Source: Amoeboaphelidium occidentale
Taxonomy: Eukaryota
DNA length: 20,000 nucleotides
Direction of reading: 5' to 3'
Assembly: GCA_023515795.1 (NCBI GenBank)
Contig: JALGPX010000063.1
Coordinates: 45,841 to 65,840 of the forward strand
A program made the translations under genes and the position numbers. Numbering within the stretch: position 1 is the stretch's first letter; the number at the start of each line of letters is the position of its first letter. The notes beneath the pieces were generated by a model. The model was not told the DNA's origin and made no database searches. It worked only from the letters and a program-made list of their open reading frames with translations. Positions 1 through 9,214 of this stretch are shown piece by piece.

Positions 1-2
1 AG

Positions 3-1934
3 ACATTCCCACTAAAGTTTCAGACTTCTCAAGGTATCACTTTTCCATGCAAATACATCAAGATTGTTCCACTGATGGCATGGGGTGCAAACTTCAACTT
101 CTCTATCTGGTTCGTTGAATTGCGTGGACTTAACGCACAGGATACTATATCACACGCAGTATCTCAGTATACTAATTGGGCTGAACGAGAATCATTGCGT
201 CTGTGTCTGAAGCATTTGAGGCAAAGGAATCTAATGATACCGTTTGAAATGATTCAAAAAGAAACTGGCATAAAACTCGAAGATGATATGCTGACAGATC
301 TACACAGAAAGCTTGTTCAAGATGGAGACTTTGCTGGTGTAGAGGCAATACTTCGTAAAGCGTGTGAATCTGGTATGTTTGCTGAGTATATTAGAGAATC
401 TCCTTATAAGCCGCAATGGACAAGAATTTTTGCAAAAGACGACAATGGAGACTCACCAACTATGAGAGGTGGCCATCAAATGACTATTGATCTTGAGAAT
501 CGCCTCATTTATCTTATTGGCGGCTGGGATGGAACAAAGGATTTGAGTGACTTTTGGGTTTTCGACTGCGCTAACGAAAAATGGCATTGTCTTAGTCAAG
601 ACACTTCTAAAGACGGTGGGCCCGGTCCAAGAAGCTGTCACAAGATTTGCTTTGATCAAACATCAAGAAGAATTTATCTTCTTGGAAAGTATATCGATTT
701 ACAGTCACGAGCTAATGTAGCAGCTGATTCCGACTTTTACAGTTACAATTGCATCACCAACAAATGGTCAAAGTTGTCTGATAATACGTTTCTTGAAGGT
801 GGTCCAGAACTAATCTATGATCATCAAATGTGCATTGACACAGCAAGAAGAATGATGTATGTATTTGGTGGCAAAATCATTCCAAATCCAGCTGTCGGAA
901 CTAATGTTGTTCAAGGCAATTCGCCTGAGACTAGTTACTCTGGTCTTTACTCTTACGATTTAACAACTGGCCAATGGAAACTGCTTCGCAATGACCAGAC
1001 TTCTCCGTCTTCTCCAAACGGAACCCAATCTGGCGGTGTTCAACTGAAATCAAGAATTGGCCACTCAATGTTGTTCCATCCGATATCTAGGTTGATGTAT
1101 ATCTTTGCTGGCCAAAGACTGAAGGACTATCTTTCTGACTATTACGTTTATGATGTTGATCGCCAAGTTGTAATTGAAATGAATCGGGACTCTTCAAAGA
1201 ATGGTGGTCCAGATGCTGGGTTCACTCAAAGAGCTACTATTGATCCAGAAGCAAATGAGTTCTATGTCTTTTCTGGCTTGATGCGTGAAAAAGGTTCTTC
1301 TACGGAAACAGTCAAGAACAGTTTCTGGGTTTATTCAATAACCAAAGATAAATGGACCAAAATTTATCAAAACGACAACACTGGCCATGATTATTGGAAG
1401 TCTATGGAAAACCTAGAACCTTGCCCAAGGTTTGCGCATCAGCTAATTTACGATGAGAAAACTAAAACACAGTATCTGTTTGGTGGAAATCCAGGAGAAG
1501 CTAGTAATACCGGAGCAAGATTAGATGATTTTTGGAAATTGAAGTTAAACAGAGATTCAGAGTCTGACATTTTGAGAAAATGCTTATTTTTGGTGCGCCG
1601 CGAAAGGTTTAGAGAGATGTGTTCAAACATGAAAGGAGATGATCCTTCAATGAGTGGAACAAGTAATTCCGATTCATTGGCTGCTCTGAAGTACTTGCAA
1701 GTTGACATTTCTGGTGTTGTTAATCATCATAATGAAGAAGAAAGCAAAGAATTCAGGGCGATAACTGGTTTCTTGTTTGAAAAGAAAGGTAAAATGCTAT
1801 GATTCTGTTTCTTAATGTTCTTAGAATACGAGGATGTTTTCACTAAGAGGACCGAAGTTTATGAGAAGCTTTTGGAGTTCTTCCCAGAATCCATGAAACA
1901 ACCGAAGAATAACCTCATTGACTTGATCCAATGA
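3..1934 (+). CDS. MKLN1: Muskelin (end of discoidin-like N domain, LisH, CTLH, kelch repeats); 5'-partial; exons <3..1788 and 1825..1934
   Basis: Frame is open from position 3 (TFPLK...FPCKYIKIVPLMAWGANFNFSIWFVELRG, matching the muskelin N domain). It continues with LisH-like RLCLKHLRQ and kelch motifs (RGGHQM, GGWDG, GPRSCHK, PCPRFAHQ, LFGGNPG). Removing GT..AG 1789-1824 gives the muskelin-type C-terminus RTEVYEKLLEFFPESMKQPKNNLIDLIQ* (TGA 1932-1934). Confidence 0.93.
1789..1824 (+). other. 36-nt spliceosomal intron in muskelin
   Basis: gtaaaa...ttcttag with an in-frame TGA; removal restores the conserved C-terminus. Confidence 0.9.
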
Positions 1935-2005
1935 GTTGAAAAGAACATGACTTAGACGTGGTTTTGTGTTTCATTAAAGTTTCATTATCTCGCAATATGA
2001 ATGTT

Positions 2006-3001
2006 TTATTGAAGCTCTGCTGGAGTTTCGTGTTTTTGTATGATACTCTTCTCCCATGCAGCAAGAAAATCTTCCTTAATCGCTCCATTTCCATCCAGCA
2101 GGTTTGCATGCTTTTTCGCATGGATGAGCATGTTGTCTTTTCTTGAGAAACGCTTGGAGCAATCTATATCATAAGAATCTGCAAGTGCATAATTACCTGG
2201 ATCTACACATTCAAAAGGTCTTGAACCATTGTGACTCCTCTCATGTCGTTTTCTGTGAGCATCTGATGGAAAGGAACCTTCACAGTCTTCATATCTGCAA
2301 ACATACTTTCGCCTGTTATTTTCCTTAACGACTGGTGGCTGTTCCTTTTTTAAACTAGAGCTGAATCTTCTTCGCCGTGTTTCATCCGAGCATCTGTCCT
2401 TGGCTGCAATTTGATCTTGAAATTCGGTTACAACAACGCTGTCAGACTTCGATTTGATTCTTTCCTGAATTATGGTTCTCAGATTAGCATATTTCGATGG
2501 TACTTCCTTTATCTTCTCTGTATCTGTCGACCCGATTCTGATTATCTCCGATCTTCCCGTAGTAGTTTCACTCCTGATTTGCGTTTGAACAGGTTTGCAT
2601 ACATCTGAAATTGCAGTACCTGTAGAGAATACAGGGCCTAGATCTTGATGAGTTGAAGCATTCTTGACCTCACTTGATATTCCATTCTTCCTCTTTCGAG
2701 TTGCTGTAATTGAATTGGCGTTTCGTTTGCGATATTCTCCTGGAGCAAATCGGTACTGTTTCGGTTGAACCATCTGATAAGGATAACTGCTGGTATAAAA
2801 TTGGTTATTCGGAGATCTGAATGAATGTGAGCTGTTTAAACTCTCCAAACTCCCATATTGTGATACTGACACAGAGGTTGCGATTGAAGCAAATGCGGTC
2901 AACAGTGATGCAGCAGACATGGCAAGTTCATCCTGATGAGCAACTACTGTATTTTGACATAATCGATCGTCTGCATTGTTAAGTAAACTCTTGATATCCA
3001 T
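2006..3001 (-). CDS. C2H2 zinc-finger transcription factor, two C-terminal fingers; exons 3001..2197 and 2163..2006 (~320 aa)
   Basis: YVCRYEDCEGSFPSDAHRKRHERSH, linker NGSRPF, then ECVDP|DCSKRFSRKDNMLIHAKKH after removing a 33-nt intron. The N-terminal MDIKSLLN resembles the short SLLN motif common in fungal transcription factors. Confidence 0.88.
   Translation of the reverse strand: MDIKSLLNNADDRLCQNTVVAHQDELAMSAASLLTAFASIATSVSVSQYGSLESLNSSHSFRSPNNQFYTSSYPYQMVQPKQYRFAPGEYRKRNANSITATRKRKNGISSEVKNASTHQDLGPVFSTGTAISDVCKPVQTQIRSETTTGRSEIIRIGSTDTEKIKEVPSKYANLRTIIQERIKSKSDSVVVTEFQDQIAAKDRCSDETRRRRFSSSLKKEQPPVVKENNRRKYVCRYEDCEGSFPSDAHRKRHERSHNGSRPFECVDPGNYALADSYDIDCSKRFSRKDNMLIHAKKHANLLDGNGAIKEDFLAAWEKSIIQKHETPAELQ
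2164..2196 (-). other. 33-nt in-frame intron inside zinc finger 2
   Basis: Minus strand gtaattatgc...gatatag; splicing converts C-x15-C to canonical C-x4-C. Confidence 0.85.
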
Positions 3002-3170
3002 TTTGTAACAGTAAAAGTATAATCAGTATGGTGTTTCCGTAAGGAGCAGGTATTGAGCCGAGTCGAGAATGGGGCTTCTTTAAAAATAAGGATGCACTGC
3101 GCCACTCAAAAGACGATAGTTAGAAACGAAATGTATTGCTCTTGCGGCCTTATCTAGTGTCTCTAATTCG

Positions 3171-3184
3171 GTTGCCATGACAAC
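3171..3184. promoter_or_regulatory. RFX-type X-box (GTTGCCATGACAAC)
   Basis: 13/14 match to the palindromic X-box GTTGCCATGGCAAC, about 170 nt upstream of the zinc-finger ATG. Confidence 0.65.
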
Positions 3185-3750
3185 TGACTACCTTACGATA
3201 CTTTAAGCACGTAAGGCATTTCAACACGAGCTAAACGCAATAGGTTGTTCTGCTACACGCGAAGAAGACATTCTTACTACTACAGCATCTACGCGTTAGG
3301 ATTCAAAATGACAGATTGCGAAAGAAAGTTATGTAGGCTCGATTTTGCCACGGAATCCATTGATAAGAATAGCGTGGCACCCAACCGATACGTTGCTCTC
3401 AGACTAGTTTGACGGTCTGAAAAGGATAGATAACCTTTGCAGATGCTTTTTTAAGCCTTGTATTTATAAGCGTTAAGAAAAGAAAATTTGGTTGGATCTG
3501 CAGCGGTTGAAATCACATTGAGGTTCAATTTGCGTCAGAACCTGGTGATATTATTCTGATTTTAATACGAAACTGCTCAATTTGACTTCATGTGAGTTCG
3601 TCTTCCTCTCGTAAAAGCTACAGCGTCTTCTTTTGAGTTTTTGTTACTCACCTTGAAGCTTGCCTCTCAAGTTCCTTTTTTTCTTTGCAGAGATTCAGTG
3701 AAAGGTAAACCATTATCCTTCTCGTGAAAAACCAAACCTTCTTTTTAAAG

Positions 3751-4085
3751 ATGCACTACTGGAACGAAGAAGAGCGCAAAGAAAAGCATGAACGTTTTAC
3801 GACGGTCCCTATGGATCCTCGTTACCCAAATACCAACCAAGCAAAGCGTTGTTATGCCAATTATATCGATTTTTACAAGTGTGCAAAGTCAAAGGGCGAG
3901 GATGCTCCTGTCTGCCAGGAGTTTAAGTTTGCTTTTAAGGAAATCTGCCCTCCATTCTGGACTGACGGTAGGATTTGATGGAACTGAGAGAGAGATTTGC
4001 TAACGACTTTGTAGCATGGGACGAACAGAGAGCTGCAGGAAGACATCCGGTAAGGGATATCAACGAAGTTGAACCAAAGTTCTAA
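3751..4085 (+). CDS. COX12: Cytochrome c oxidase subunit 6B (Cox12); exons 3751..3967 and 4015..4085
   Basis: DPRYPNTNQAKRCYANYIDFYKC...C...C twin Cx9C/Cx10C pattern. The 47-nt intron 3968-4014 (gtagga...gctaac...gtag) restores WTDAWDEQRAAG; stop TAA 4083-4085. Confidence 0.93.
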
Positions 4086-4166
4086 TTGGCCTAATAAAGA
4101 GAATGTCTGAGTTCATGATGAGGGTTATTTAGTATGCGAATTTATTCAAATGCTTTTCCTTGTGCT

Positions 4167-6191
4167 TTACTGACATTCCGCAGGAACAGTGAAGTCTTCC
4201 ATACCACCGCTTCTTGCCTTCTGACCTAGACCACGCTTAGCGAAACCCTTCCACAATTCACACTTGTTTGCGCTATTGTAGTTGACTTCATCAGCCTGAA
4301 GAATCGCATCACGAGCATCAACAAAAGAAGGTCTGCAAGGCTGCAATTTCATACCATCAACGATCAATTTCATAGCCATGATGTTACCAGCTGGAACGCT
4401 ATCAGTGTCTTTGCCCTTGGCTTCAATGTTGTACCAATCCTTTGAAAAGCCGTGCTTATCGACCAAGTTCCAGTAAACCTCGTACAAAATAACAGCCCAA
4501 ACTTCACCTTTAGCATGGACACCATAGTAATCAAACTTCTTGATGAATGCATAAGTAGATGGATTGACTTTCATATCAGTGGAGTAGACGTACTTTCTGA
4601 TACCCTTCTTGTTGTTCATGGAATAAGCACCCATAGACTTGATAGTTTTGCGGTCATCCGTAGACTTCATTCTCAGAATGGTAGCAAAAAAATCACCCCA
4701 TCCTTCACCCATACCGCCAGCTTCTCCCCATCCCAAACAACCAGAGTTTGCAGGGCCACCAGTCAATCTGGTTGAGATTCCATGTCCATACTCGTGAATG
4801 ATAATACCACTTTCCAAATCACCGTCTCTTCTTGGAGTACTTTGATCCCAAATGTACATTCTCATTCTTCCGTTCTGACCGTCAGGAGGAGTTGCAAAGT
4901 TGGCATTGTTCAAACCAGAACCATCTTGTGCATTGGCAATGACTTGATCGTTTCCTTTACCACCACGACCGAAATTGTTCTTTTGGAAGTTACCAGACTT
5001 TTCATCAAAACCGTACTTGTAAAACAAATCGTGAATAACATTGTTCCAATAGAATAAATTTGTGACAGCAGCTTCAACGTAGTCCTTTGGATCCTTCTTG
5101 AAATCAATATCAAAGTCAAAGTTCAAAGATTTTCCACCATCTGGTTGCATTGGTTGAGTCTCTGTCAAACGACCGCCCCAGTTAGCTTGAGCTTCAACGT
5201 TGTTTCCAGAAGTAACAGTGAATTGCTTCTTACCATCAGAATGCCAGCCTTCAGGAGATGCTTCCTTATCAGCAGGATTAATAACAATTTGACGATCACC
5301 GTCTTCAGGATCGTTAACACCCAAAGGATAAACATTGTACTTGGAGCGAAGACCCTTATCATCTTCTTCCTTCTCATCGTAATAATCAGTAACCCAGTCC
5401 AAAATTTGCAAGACCTTTCCAGAAACAGAATCAATATGTGCATGATACCAGTTCTCTTCCATTTCAGCTTGAACATCCCAAACTTCTTCAAGTTTGAAAC
5501 CACCTTGACCATCCTCGACTTGCAAGAAGTTCATTTCAACACGAGCTTGGCGGTTGACAGTGAATGGAACATTTGTTACAGTGACACGAGGCTCTTCGTT
5601 AAGACTATTAACAGTTTCTTCAATAGCCATTTCACTCTTGTCAACATTCAAGCCCAAATACTTTGCCAAAGATTCAACAGCTTCTGAAGGCGTGATTCTC
5701 TTTTCATACAAAGATGCACCAAAGCCACGAACATCTTCAGGCTTTCTCTGATAGAAAGAAGAACCATAACTGACAACGCGACCATTCTTGTCAATGTTAA
5801 CGTTCGCATCACCATTCTCAACTTCGATACCATCAATTCTTTGCTTGAAGTAAATGTGATGAACGCCATTACTTTCGGTTTTGTAGCTATTCATGATCAC
5901 ATATTCCTGTTCAGAAATTTGCAACTTTTCCATCAAGAACTTCTGAGCGATAGTGACAGGATCTTCTTGTGATTCTTCAGACAGATACGCAAACTTGATC
6001 TGATCATTATCAGAGATGAAGTTGTTGTACTCTTGCTGTTGAAAACGTAAGAAGCGATTTGGACGACCTGATAAGCTCTTCGAAATACCAGACTCGTACT
6101 TTGGTGTGATCTCTGGTGCGAAGAGGGGTTTGTGAATGCGATTAGTAGATGCTAATGCGATAACGCTGAGCAATAGAAATAGTTTTTTCAT
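4167..6191 (-). CDS. Fungalysin (M36) secreted zinc metallopeptidase preproenzyme, 674 aa, no intron evident
   Basis: Signal peptide, FTP-type propeptide (HIYFKQRIDGIEVENGDANVNI), NNANFATPPDG, HEYGH zinc motif, GMGEGWGD third ligand, LQPCRPSFVDARDAIL. Confidence 0.96.
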   Translation of the reverse strand: MKKLFLLLSVIALASTNRIHKPLFAPEITPKYESGISKSLSGRPNRFLRFQQQEYNNFISDNDQIKFAYLSEESQEDPVTIAQKFLMEKLQISEQEYVIMNSYKTESNGVHHIYFKQRIDGIEVENGDANVNIDKNGRVVSYGSSFYQRKPEDVRGFGASLYEKRITPSEAVESLAKYLGLNVDKSEMAIEETVNSLNEEPRVTVTNVPFTVNRQARVEMNFLQVEDGQGGFKLEEVWDVQAEMEENWYHAHIDSVSGKVLQILDWVTDYYDEKEEDDKGLRSKYNVYPLGVNDPEDGDRQIVINPADKEASPEGWHSDGKKQFTVTSGNNVEAQANWGGRLTETQPMQPDGGKSLNFDFDIDFKKDPKDYVEAAVTNLFYWNNVIHDLFYKYGFDEKSGNFQKNNFGRGGKGNDQVIANAQDGSGLNNANFATPPDGQNGRMRMYIWDQSTPRRDGDLESGIIIHEYGHGISTRLTGGPANSGCLGWGEAGGMGEGWGDFFATILRMKSTDDRKTIKSMGAYSMNNKKGIRKYVYSTDMKVNPSTYAFIKKFDYYGVHAKGEVWAVILYEVYWNLVDKHGFSKDWYNIEAKGKDTDSVPAGNIMAMKLIVDGMKLQPCRPSFVDARDAILQADEVNYNSANKCELWKGFAKRGLGQKARSGGMEDFTVPAECQ

Positions 6192-6357
6192 ATGATCTTT
6201 CGAAATAGGTACGATATCTGGAATGCAATTTATATTGTGCGCCTAGCAACAGAGCCTCCAATCAGACTTATGGTCAGGTGATGAAAAACAGCAAAACGCG
6301 ATTTTCGACCAATAGGACCACGTGAAACCAGTTCTATTTGAAATCGATTACTATCTT

Positions 6358-8349
6358 CTAAGAGAACGACTTTAGGAAATTGGATGGGCACCAGCCCTCT
6401 TTCACAATCTTCCATGTGCCAAAATCAGCATCAGCCTCAGCTTCTTTCTCAAATAATAGTAACAACCCAAACCACCATCCAGAAGTATCTTTCTTGACAA
6501 TCTTTATCAAATCGCCTTGTTTGAAAGCCAATTCTCCTAACCCTGGTGCGCTATACTCAAACATTGCAGTGTAAATTGAATGTCTAGGAACATCTGTCTC
6601 TGCTGAAAAGTTTCGAGTTCTTTTTATCGAAGATAGAGTCTCCGCTGATTTAGCCCTCTCTAATGTCTTGTTAGGACTTCCATTTGTATATCTGCGCGCA
6701 ATTTTCGGAGGAGAATCAGGTATTTCTGCATCATCAGAATTGTTGTCCTGTTCCTTTTCATCTTCTTTTCCAAGAGTTTTGAATGCAGCATCAAGTTTAG
6801 TTAAAATCTCTTCTGCAAAACTATCTTTCTCAACAGTAGCGGGTAAATCAGCCAAAGATTTGGTTTCTTTGATGACTTCGTGATCTGCGTCTTCATCCTC
6901 TTCATCCTCATTGAAAGTCTCCAACAACTTGCTTTTCTTTTTTGAGAACTTTGTTCGTTTCATCAATGTTCTCATAGATGTAGCTCTTGTCAAAGTAGCT
7001 TCAGGCTGAGGAGGCAATTCTCGAAACTCCAGTAGCGTATGAGAACTTGATGCTAAACTCGGAATGTTTACGTTTTCGGTTGGATTCAAAGGTATTAAAG
7101 TATTCGGAATTGTGTCACCAGTGTGTTTCTCTAATACTCTTTTAAATAAGTTGGATTCTGGTGAGTCGTTTTTACCGGACGCTGAGGGAACTGAGTCAAA
7201 ATACTCTTCAATAAGTTTCAGTTGCAATTCTTGCCTCCACAGTAAACAAAGATCATCAAAATCTTTCGAATTGCCAAAATCCTGAATAGTGATATTTTCA
7301 TCAATGAACATGGAGTACTGCCTCTCTATGCTGAGACGATCAAGACTATTAATTGATGAAAACGGTAAAGAAGCATCAAATCTGGAGAAGGACACAAAGA
7401 GCGGATAAACTTGAGCCAATTCCGCATTTATCATGGAAGAAGTCTCAGAGAATCGATCTTCGCTGAGACGACTCACGCATTCCTTCTTCAAGTTCATTTG
7501 AGATACATTAAATAACGGAATTTGATGAGAATAACCGTCTGATCGAGCCAATGTCATCTTCTTCCTAGTAAAGCACCAAGCAACGTGATAATTTTTGATA
7601 AAATCGTACTGCATTCCGTGCCATAAAACTTGAAACTGCTCTTCTTCTATAAAGACAGAGTCAACTCTTTTAGATGTCCAAGTTTCGTGCAATTCTTGAA
7701 ACTGCTCCGCTCCAAAGTTCCAACCAGACAAAAACATGATCGAAATGCCGTTCGTGAGAATATCTTTGTACTGAATGCAGAGACAATAGGAAGGGACATT
7801 CGAGCTGTCGTAAAGTGAAGCTTCTTTTTGTGAGGCGTAATCCTGTCCGTAGTCACAAGCTTTCAAATCGCTTGCGCTTTCAAAATGAGTTAATTCAGTT
7901 TCCACGAATTCCGCATGTTCCTCTGCGTGAACAGAGAAAGGGGACTGCAATTCCACCAACTTTAAATCAAAAATATCTTCAAACTCAATACAAAACTTCC
8001 TATTCCTTCCATTCGAGTTCAGAGTCTGTAAAATTGTAATGTTCCCTTCATAAATGAACCACAAAGTCTCCATTCCCTGGGCCAAAAGTAAAGCTGATTT
8101 CCCCTTCCATTTGGCGTCCTTATTCAGTTGGTCCAGAAGCGCTTGCTGGTAAACATCGCGCCACATGTACGATGGCTGTCTCTCCAGTGTCTTCTTCTGT
8201 GGGACACTTTGCTTCTTCAAAGCCCCGTAAATCGAAAGCTTTCTACCCTGTAGCATACAAAATTCAATAGGTAGAAACCCTTTACATGAACAATTAAGGC
8301 TTCTGATCAATGTGGCGCAGCTCGGTTTCAACTTCCTGAAAGTTTTCAA
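6358..8349 (-). CDS. C-terminal SH3-domain protein with possible PH-like N-terminal modules; 5' end uncertain (frame open up to 8394)
   Basis: AMFEYSAPGLGELAFKQGDLIKIVKKDTSGWWFG...EGWCPSNFL is an SH3 domain. The track start is TTG, so the true start is probably in an upstream exon. Confidence 0.78.
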   Translation of the reverse strand: MKTFRKLKPSCATLIRSLNCSCKGFLPIEFCMLQGRKLSIYGALKKQSVPQKKTLERQPSYMWRDVYQQALLDQLNKDAKWKGKSALLLAQGMETLWFIYEGNITILQTLNSNGRNRKFCIEFEDIFDLKLVELQSPFSVHAEEHAEFVETELTHFESASDLKACDYGQDYASQKEASLYDSSNVPSYCLCIQYKDILTNGISIMFLSGWNFGAEQFQELHETWTSKRVDSVFIEEEQFQVLWHGMQYDFIKNYHVAWCFTRKKMTLARSDGYSHQIPLFNVSQMNLKKECVSRLSEDRFSETSSMINAELAQVYPLFVSFSRFDASLPFSSINSLDRLSIERQYSMFIDENITIQDFGNSKDFDDLCLLWRQELQLKLIEEYFDSVPSASGKNDSPESNLFKRVLEKHTGDTIPNTLIPLNPTENVNIPSLASSSHTLLEFRELPPQPEATLTRATSMRTLMKRTKFSKKKSKLLETFNEDEEDEDADHEVIKETKSLADLPATVEKDSFAEEILTKLDAAFKTLGKEDEKEQDNNSDDAEIPDSPPKIARRYTNGSPNKTLERAKSAETLSSIKRTRNFSAETDVPRHSIYTAMFEYSAPGLGELAFKQGDLIKIVKKDTSGWWFGLLLLFEKEAEADADFGTWKIVKEGWCPSNFLKSFS

Positions 8350-8390
8350 ACGAAGCTCTTGAGTAAAACCATACGAAATAGCGCAACGGT

Positions 8391-8951
8391 CTATTTAGTG
8401 AATATGCGCCTTCGATATTCATTATCGAACGAGAACGGCGTGTATGAACTCTTGTGTTCTCTGCCTGTCTTTGAGTCTGTCCATGTTGAAACGATTTCGT
8501 GCGTGTTCACGAAAGCCTCATAATGCTTGTAAGCAAACGATTCTCCAGCGACAAACAAACTTGTTTTAGAGTCCAGAACACTATCCGATAGTAATGATAA
8601 AGAAATGTTTGAGTACCGAAAAGATAAGCTAGAAGATGAAGGACTCGGTGAGCAAATAGCACCAAGATCGCTAGATTTGATTGTAGATTCGGTTCTTGAA
8701 GTAACTGGCAACGAATTCAGTCTGACTAGTGGTACAGCTGGAATCTTCTTTGCTTTAGGTGTCCGTCGATCTTTAGCAATCTTCTTTGGAATAGTTTGCG
8801 CAGTATCAGGCGGATTTGATCGCGTTCTTGTTGAGACTGCCATGATGCGATGATAAGCGACCTTGAGAATTGAGACAAAGATTGCGCCTATAATTAGTAT
8901 GTAACTCTGCACAGCCAATGATAACAGAATTAAATACTCGTAATTGCTCAT
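8391..8951 (-). CDS. Hypothetical Ser/Lys-rich ORF, probably the first exon of the SH3 gene (start may be ATG at 8843)
   Basis: 186-codon ORF on the same strand, 41 nt from the SH3 ORF. Its stop sits in acceptor-like ttcactaaatag (branch-like CTAA plus AG). Confidence 0.5.
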   Translation of the reverse strand: MSNYEYLILLSLAVQSYILIIGAIFVSILKVAYHRIMAVSTRTRSNPPDTAQTIPKKIAKDRRTPKAKKIPAVPLVRLNSLPVTSRTESTIKSSDLGAICSPSPSSSSLSFRYSNISLSLLSDSVLDSKTSLFVAGESFAYKHYEAFVNTHEIVSTWTDSKTGREHKSSYTPFSFDNEYRRRIFTK

Positions 8952-9214
8952 TAATACTAGAAGTGTATCTGATTGTCGAAACTATTCTCAACTCCTTGAA
9001 TTGCGTGCTTTGGGCATCAAGTCAGGTGATCACAGAATCCACGATCAGATTTAAATTGAATCTAGTCATTAAAAAGTTAAACTATGGAAAGATCTGTAAA
9101 GGAGCTGAAACTGAACCTTAAGCGACATACAAAACAGCAACCGAAGATCGTCGGTCATCCTCGCGCTGATCCAAAAAATTTTCGTTCACAAAACATTTTT
9201 ATACCGTCTATCCA

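Noticed and set aside
1800..1802. Stop-codon readthrough, selenocysteine or an alternative genetic code to explain split ORFs
   Set aside because: Breaks in conserved genes are resolved by short GT-AG introns, and all three stop codons terminate genes.
3066..3080. AATGGGGCTT resembling the 3' conserved region of RNase MRP RNA
   Set aside because: The partner GAAAGTCCCC motif was not found, and the RNA would overlap the zinc-finger CDS.
4370..5869. Antisense and alternative-frame ORFs over the M36 gene, and similar short ORFs elsewhere
   Set aside because: Shadow ORFs of biased coding sequence with no domain features.
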